64,000 bases of DNA from Candidatus Obscuribacteraceae bacterium (lineage in GTDB: Bacteria; Cyanobacteriota; Vampirovibrionia; Obscuribacterales; Obscuribacteraceae): contig JBGAHS010000002.1 of assembly GCA_044226015.1 (NCBI GenBank), forward strand, positions 947,435-1,011,434. Direction: 5' to 3'. The position numbers and the translations under genes were made by a program. Shown here one piece after another: positions 60,635 through 64,000 of this stretch (its first letter is position 1; each line of letters opens with the position of its first letter). The notes beneath the pieces are model-generated. The model worked only from the letters and a program-made list of their open reading frames with translations. It did no database searches and had not been told where the DNA came from.

Positions 60635-62140
60635 TCAATGTCCTAATCCTAAACCGCCTCCAGACCCGCCCCCCAAAATCGAGCCAAGACCACCAGTAAG
60701 TCCTCCAACGGTATTGCCCACGCCACCGACCAATCCACCGCCGTGCGTTCCGCCCGTAAGCCCCCCAGTGAGTCCTCCTACCGCACCAGTGACACCGCTG
60801 GTCACGCCTCCCAGCGCGCTGCTTGCACCGCCAGTGACACCACCCACCGCACCAGTGACACCACCGACTACGCCTGACATACCACTCACGGCACCGGTCA
60901 CCGCACCAACACCGCCCATAGTACCACCTACCAATCCATGACCTGCTCCGATACTTCCCAGAGCAGCTGTTGTTGTGGTCGGAAGCACGTTAATAGAAGG
61001 AACTATGTTTGCCCCTCCAGCCCTATTTAGGACGGGGCCATTTGTAAGCTGCGACAGATCCGACATTCTGTTGAGCGACCCACCCGGACCTATCAGCCCA
61101 GGAACGGCGCCACTTGCAGTATTGCTCAACTGACCTATGACACCGCGAGGTGGAAAGAAAGTAACCGATTGGGGCAATGCAAAAGCTGTTCCAGCGAGCG
61201 AACCCACGTTATAACTCAAGGTTGTTGGAACCGCAAGAATTTTCGACTCGGACGAAAGCGTTTGACTCAACAATGGCAAAGCACCGTCTTTAAGAAGCCC
61301 AGTACTGGCATCAAGCAGATTATTTACTGTAGGCAGAAGAGAGTTAAGCGTGCTCCCAACAAGAGGAAGGCTGCTAAGCGGGGTTTCCAGAGAATTTAGC
61401 AATGGATGCTCAAGTAAACTCTGTGGATTTGCCACGTAAAGCGAGGTGATTGTATTTTTCGTCTCGAAGACTTGAACAGGAGGAATATTTCCCAGGGCAA
61501 TTGGAGTCAAAGATTGCTGCGTCACATTTGCAGATGGACCCTGGCTAGAGGAACCAGATGCATTCGGCATCGATTGATTTAGTTCCTTGATTTCGTAAAT
61601 GACGCCTGGCTCCAAACGCAAAACACTTTTGTCTTTGCGATTCAAGATATCGACGCATCCTTCTAGCACCGTTATTCTTGTTGTATCATCGTGGCACTGG
61701 AACAGCACAGTGGTGCCTCGCAGACGGGCCTGAATAAGCTTCGTCCAGACGAAATAATCACTTTTATCCTTTCTATTTTTGTCGAGGTGATATAGCATCT
61801 CTCCACCAAGAAGATAGACGAGCCTCTGATTTGGTGCAATAGCATAAACAGAATTCGACCAGGCTCTAGCAGTAATGTAATTCCATGTAAGTTGCGCCCA
61901 CGATTTCTCACCAGTGCCAACTTGAGTTCCTTCTTGAAGAACATCACCTTTAGCAGCTTTCGATGGGTCACCCCACTCTTCCTTTTCCCAATCAACAAAG
62001 CCGCGCTTATAAACATCTCCGTGCGCTTCAGTAATCTTCGCTTCAGTGTTTTTCTCAGCCCTTGCAAAACAAGATGTTTGAGAAGTCAGAATCATGCACA
62101 AACTGATCGTTGCCAACACCGTGGCCATACAGTTCTTCAT
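60635..62140 (-). CDS. Secreted FecR-like domain protein with Gly-rich C-terminal tail
   Basis: Signal peptide; GDVL..G.QVGTG..S.A.L, T....ARLRGT, ITVLEG.V; tail of GGVTGAV/GGLTGG repeats. Confidence 0.8.
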   Translation of the reverse strand: MKNCMATVLATISLCMILTSQTSCFARAEKNTEAKITEAHGDVYKRGFVDWEKEEWGDPSKAAKGDVLQEGTQVGTGEKSWAQLTWNYITARAWSNSVYAIAPNQRLVYLLGGEMLYHLDKNRKDKSDYFVWTKLIQARLRGTTVLFQCHDDTTRITVLEGCVDILNRKDKSVLRLEPGVIYEIKELNQSMPNASGSSSQGPSANVTQQSLTPIALGNIPPVQVFETKNTITSLYVANPQSLLEHPLLNSLETPLSSLPLVGSTLNSLLPTVNNLLDASTGLLKDGALPLLSQTLSSESKILAVPTTLSYNVGSLAGTAFALPQSVTFFPPRGVIGQLSNTASGAVPGLIGPGGSLNRMSDLSQLTNGPVLNRAGGANIVPSINVLPTTTTAALGSIGAGHGLVGGTMGGVGAVTGAVSGMSGVVGGVTGAVGGVTGGASSALGGVTSGVTGAVGGLTGGLTGGTHGGGLVGGVGNTVGGLTGGLGSILGGGSGGGLGLGH

Positions 62141-62400
62141 AGTAACCTCTCCCGATTGGGAAACACTTTCAATCCAACTAAATCGCCTGGATTTGATATG
62201 CCCATTTTACACCAAAGTCATAGTGTTTCTGAAGCTAGTAGTCACCTTAAATTTGCTCTGGGACCTATTTCTAACCAAACGGCTATTTTTCTTTCTATAG
62301 TCTGCAACAGCTAGATGCCTATGAACAGCTATTTTCCACTTGTTTTGTTAGGGTAGCTCACGGAAGACTGATACTAAGTGCATAAAGGAGGGAACTTGAT

Positions 62401-62910
62401 ATGCAATGCGAACCCGAGCTTGAGACCCCCAACTTCGCAGAAGAATTGCTGTCCGAGGTGGAAACTAGCGCTAGTGCACGGCACGAGGACCACGTCAGCG
62501 ACACAATTTTCATGCCCAACTCTGAAATGACTGAGAAAGAGTCAATTCGATTCCTTTGCAGAATGGCTGAGGATGCGTCATTACCACTGGAAATTTTGGA
62601 AAAACTAGCCCAACATGATTGCCCAGAAGTAAGAGAAGCTGTATCAGACAACCCTGGGCTATCAATAGATATTCTGAGGAACTTGGCACAAGATGAGTGC
62701 CTAGACGTAAGATTTGCCATCGCAGAAAATCACAACGCACCCTCAAATGTATTGTACGAACTCTGCGAAGATGACAATCCCTATGTGAGCCATCGAGCAA
62801 GAAAAACAATTGAGCGACTTCGCCGCAGTTGCATGTTCGGCGCACACAACTTACTAGACATGGAACGTAAACTTGAGATAAAGCACTCTCGCTTACAATA
62901 TTCTGTCTAA
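62401..62910 (+). CDS. LRV/HEAT-like helical repeat protein
   Basis: Three repeats L..LA.D....VR.A(V/I)..N; AAAGGAGG RBS. Confidence 0.8.
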   Translation: MQCEPELETPNFAEELLSEVETSASARHEDHVSDTIFMPNSEMTEKESIRFLCRMAEDASLPLEILEKLAQHDCPEVREAVSDNPGLSIDILRNLAQDECLDVRFAIAENHNAPSNVLYELCEDDNPYVSHRARKTIERLRRSCMFGAHNLLDMERKLEIKHSRLQYSV

Positions 62911-62941
62911 AACATAATCCTTTTTTCCGGATTGGGAGCAC

Positions 62942-62980
62942 ATAAGAGCAGGATACCCTAAATGGGAATCCTGCTCTTAT
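62942..62980. terminator. Bidirectional terminator-like hairpin
   Basis: 13-bp stem ataagagcaggat / atcctgctcttat between convergent genes. Confidence 0.75.
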
Positions 62981-63009
62981 CAGGTCTCCAGGCGACCTTT
63001 GTCAGCACC

Positions 63010-63465
63010 TTATTTACTGGCGTCGATATTCTTGTTAATGGCGTATTGCAAACCAGTCATGTGTTTCTCCATTTGGTCTACATCAGCTGTCGGCACACGC
63101 CCATATCCGGACTCTCGCATTGCTAGTTCTTCTTTAGCGACTGAAGAATGCCAGTCGGAAAGGTCTTTGTATTGTGCGTCTGTAAGCCAGCCGTTCGATC
63201 GAGCATTATTTATTTGCTCTGCCATATCATTTAGCCGTTTGACGTAGTTGGATCTTTTTACAAGGTCCGCATCCGATTGAATAAATGTTTCTGGCTCGTG
63301 AATAACTTGCTTTTCTACAACCTTCTGAATACGTTGATCTCGCATTAACACTGGTGGTACTCGTTTAACGACAGTTTGTTCAATGACTTCCTGTCCTAGC
63401 GCGCCAGTTGATTGCACACAAGATGTAACGAGTACCGCCAAGGTTAATTTACCAATCATTTTCAT
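63010..63465 (-). CDS. Hypothetical secreted protein
   Basis: GGAGGA RBS, signal peptide, helical C-domain. Confidence 0.8.
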   Translation of the reverse strand: MKMIGKLTLAVLVTSCVQSTGALGQEVIEQTVVKRVPPVLMRDQRIQKVVEKQVIHEPETFIQSDADLVKRSNYVKRLNDMAEQINNARSNGWLTDAQYKDLSDWHSSVAKEELAMRESGYGRVPTADVDQMEKHMTGLQYAINKNIDASK

Positions 63466-63487
63466 ACAAAATATCCTCCACTAGTCC

Positions 63488-64000
63488 TTACAACACATGT
63501 AAGTCGAGGAGATGACGTTTTTTCTTTTCGATGATCACGGGCTGCTGAATTGTGCGTTCCATCATAACCGGTCTATGAATCACAACGGGTTTGCTAACAG
63601 TCCTTTGAATAATTACAGGACTTGAGACAACCCTACGTTCAACAACCACTGGTTTCTCTACAACACGGTCGATGTAAACTGGTCTTTCAACCATTCGACT
63701 TCGTTCAACAACTACAGGTCTTTCGACAACAATCGGTTTTTCAATCGTTCTCTCAATAGTGCTGCTGCTGCTAATTACTTTGTTTGAACACGCTGTAGTA
63801 TGCGCGCGAGCAATTCGTCGCACTCTATGATGTTTCACAGGGCGATAAGAAACTCGGCGATTGATGTACACAGGTACCTTTTCCTTCACGATTTGCTTTT
63901 CAACAATTCGGTTTTCTAAAACAACAGGACGTTCTATAATCACGGACTGAGCCGGAGTTACGGTCTCTGTATAACGGTATTCAGTCACACCTGGACCGAT
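63488..64000 (-). CDS. Val/Glu/Arg/Pro-rich repeat protein (5'-truncated by the window edge)
   Basis: Frame open to base 64000; repeated (V/I)E(R/K)PV(V/Y) motifs. Confidence 0.75.
   Translation of the reverse strand: MGPGVTEYRYTETVTPAQSVIIERPVVLENRIVEKQIVKEKVPVYINRRVSYRPVKHHRVRRIARAHTTACSNKVISSSSTIERTIEKPIVVERPVVVERSRMVERPVYIDRVVEKPVVVERRVVSSPVIIQRTVSKPVVIHRPVMMERTIQQPVIIEKKKRHLLDLHVL

Noticed and set aside
1..64000. tRNA, rRNA, tmRNA, IS elements, prophage or known defence systems
   Set aside because: No recognisable signatures found by eye; covariance-model and HMM searches were not possible

Overview
Gene-dense bacterial chromosomal window with about 50 CDSs. I found no rRNA, tRNA, CRISPR array, transposase or integrase. 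The gene repertoire (giant Gly-rich exoprotein, divergent PAS-kinase/OmpR pairs, CHASE2-FecR locus, many orphan low-complexity proteins) suggests a non-photosynthetic cyanobacterial relative such as Vampirovibrionia/Obscuribacterales; this is inference only. Recognisable loci are an ogt + ada-alkA alkylation-repair pair, moaD-moaE-moaA-moeA, htrA, bioB, a GH13 amylase and an M23 peptidase. Three loci stand out. (1) A seven-gene, fully translationally coupled operon joins bacillithiol genes (bshA, bshB1 and a half-size BshC-like protein) to a DUF2911 protein, an exported PIG-L deacetylase, an unannotated 48-aa membrane peptide and a sodium:solute symporter; it is a candidate thiol salvage or exchange system. 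(2) A seven-gene operon encodes SPFH, two DUF4178 proteins, an unannotated 47-aa peptide, a membrane spermidine synthase, a flavin oxidoreductase and a His-motif membrane protein. (3) A 3214-aa glycine-rich repeat exoprotein has no linked secretion apparatus. Product calls come from motif recognition by eye; no database search was run. Several starts were moved from the ORF track to a downstream ATG with a ribosome-binding site.
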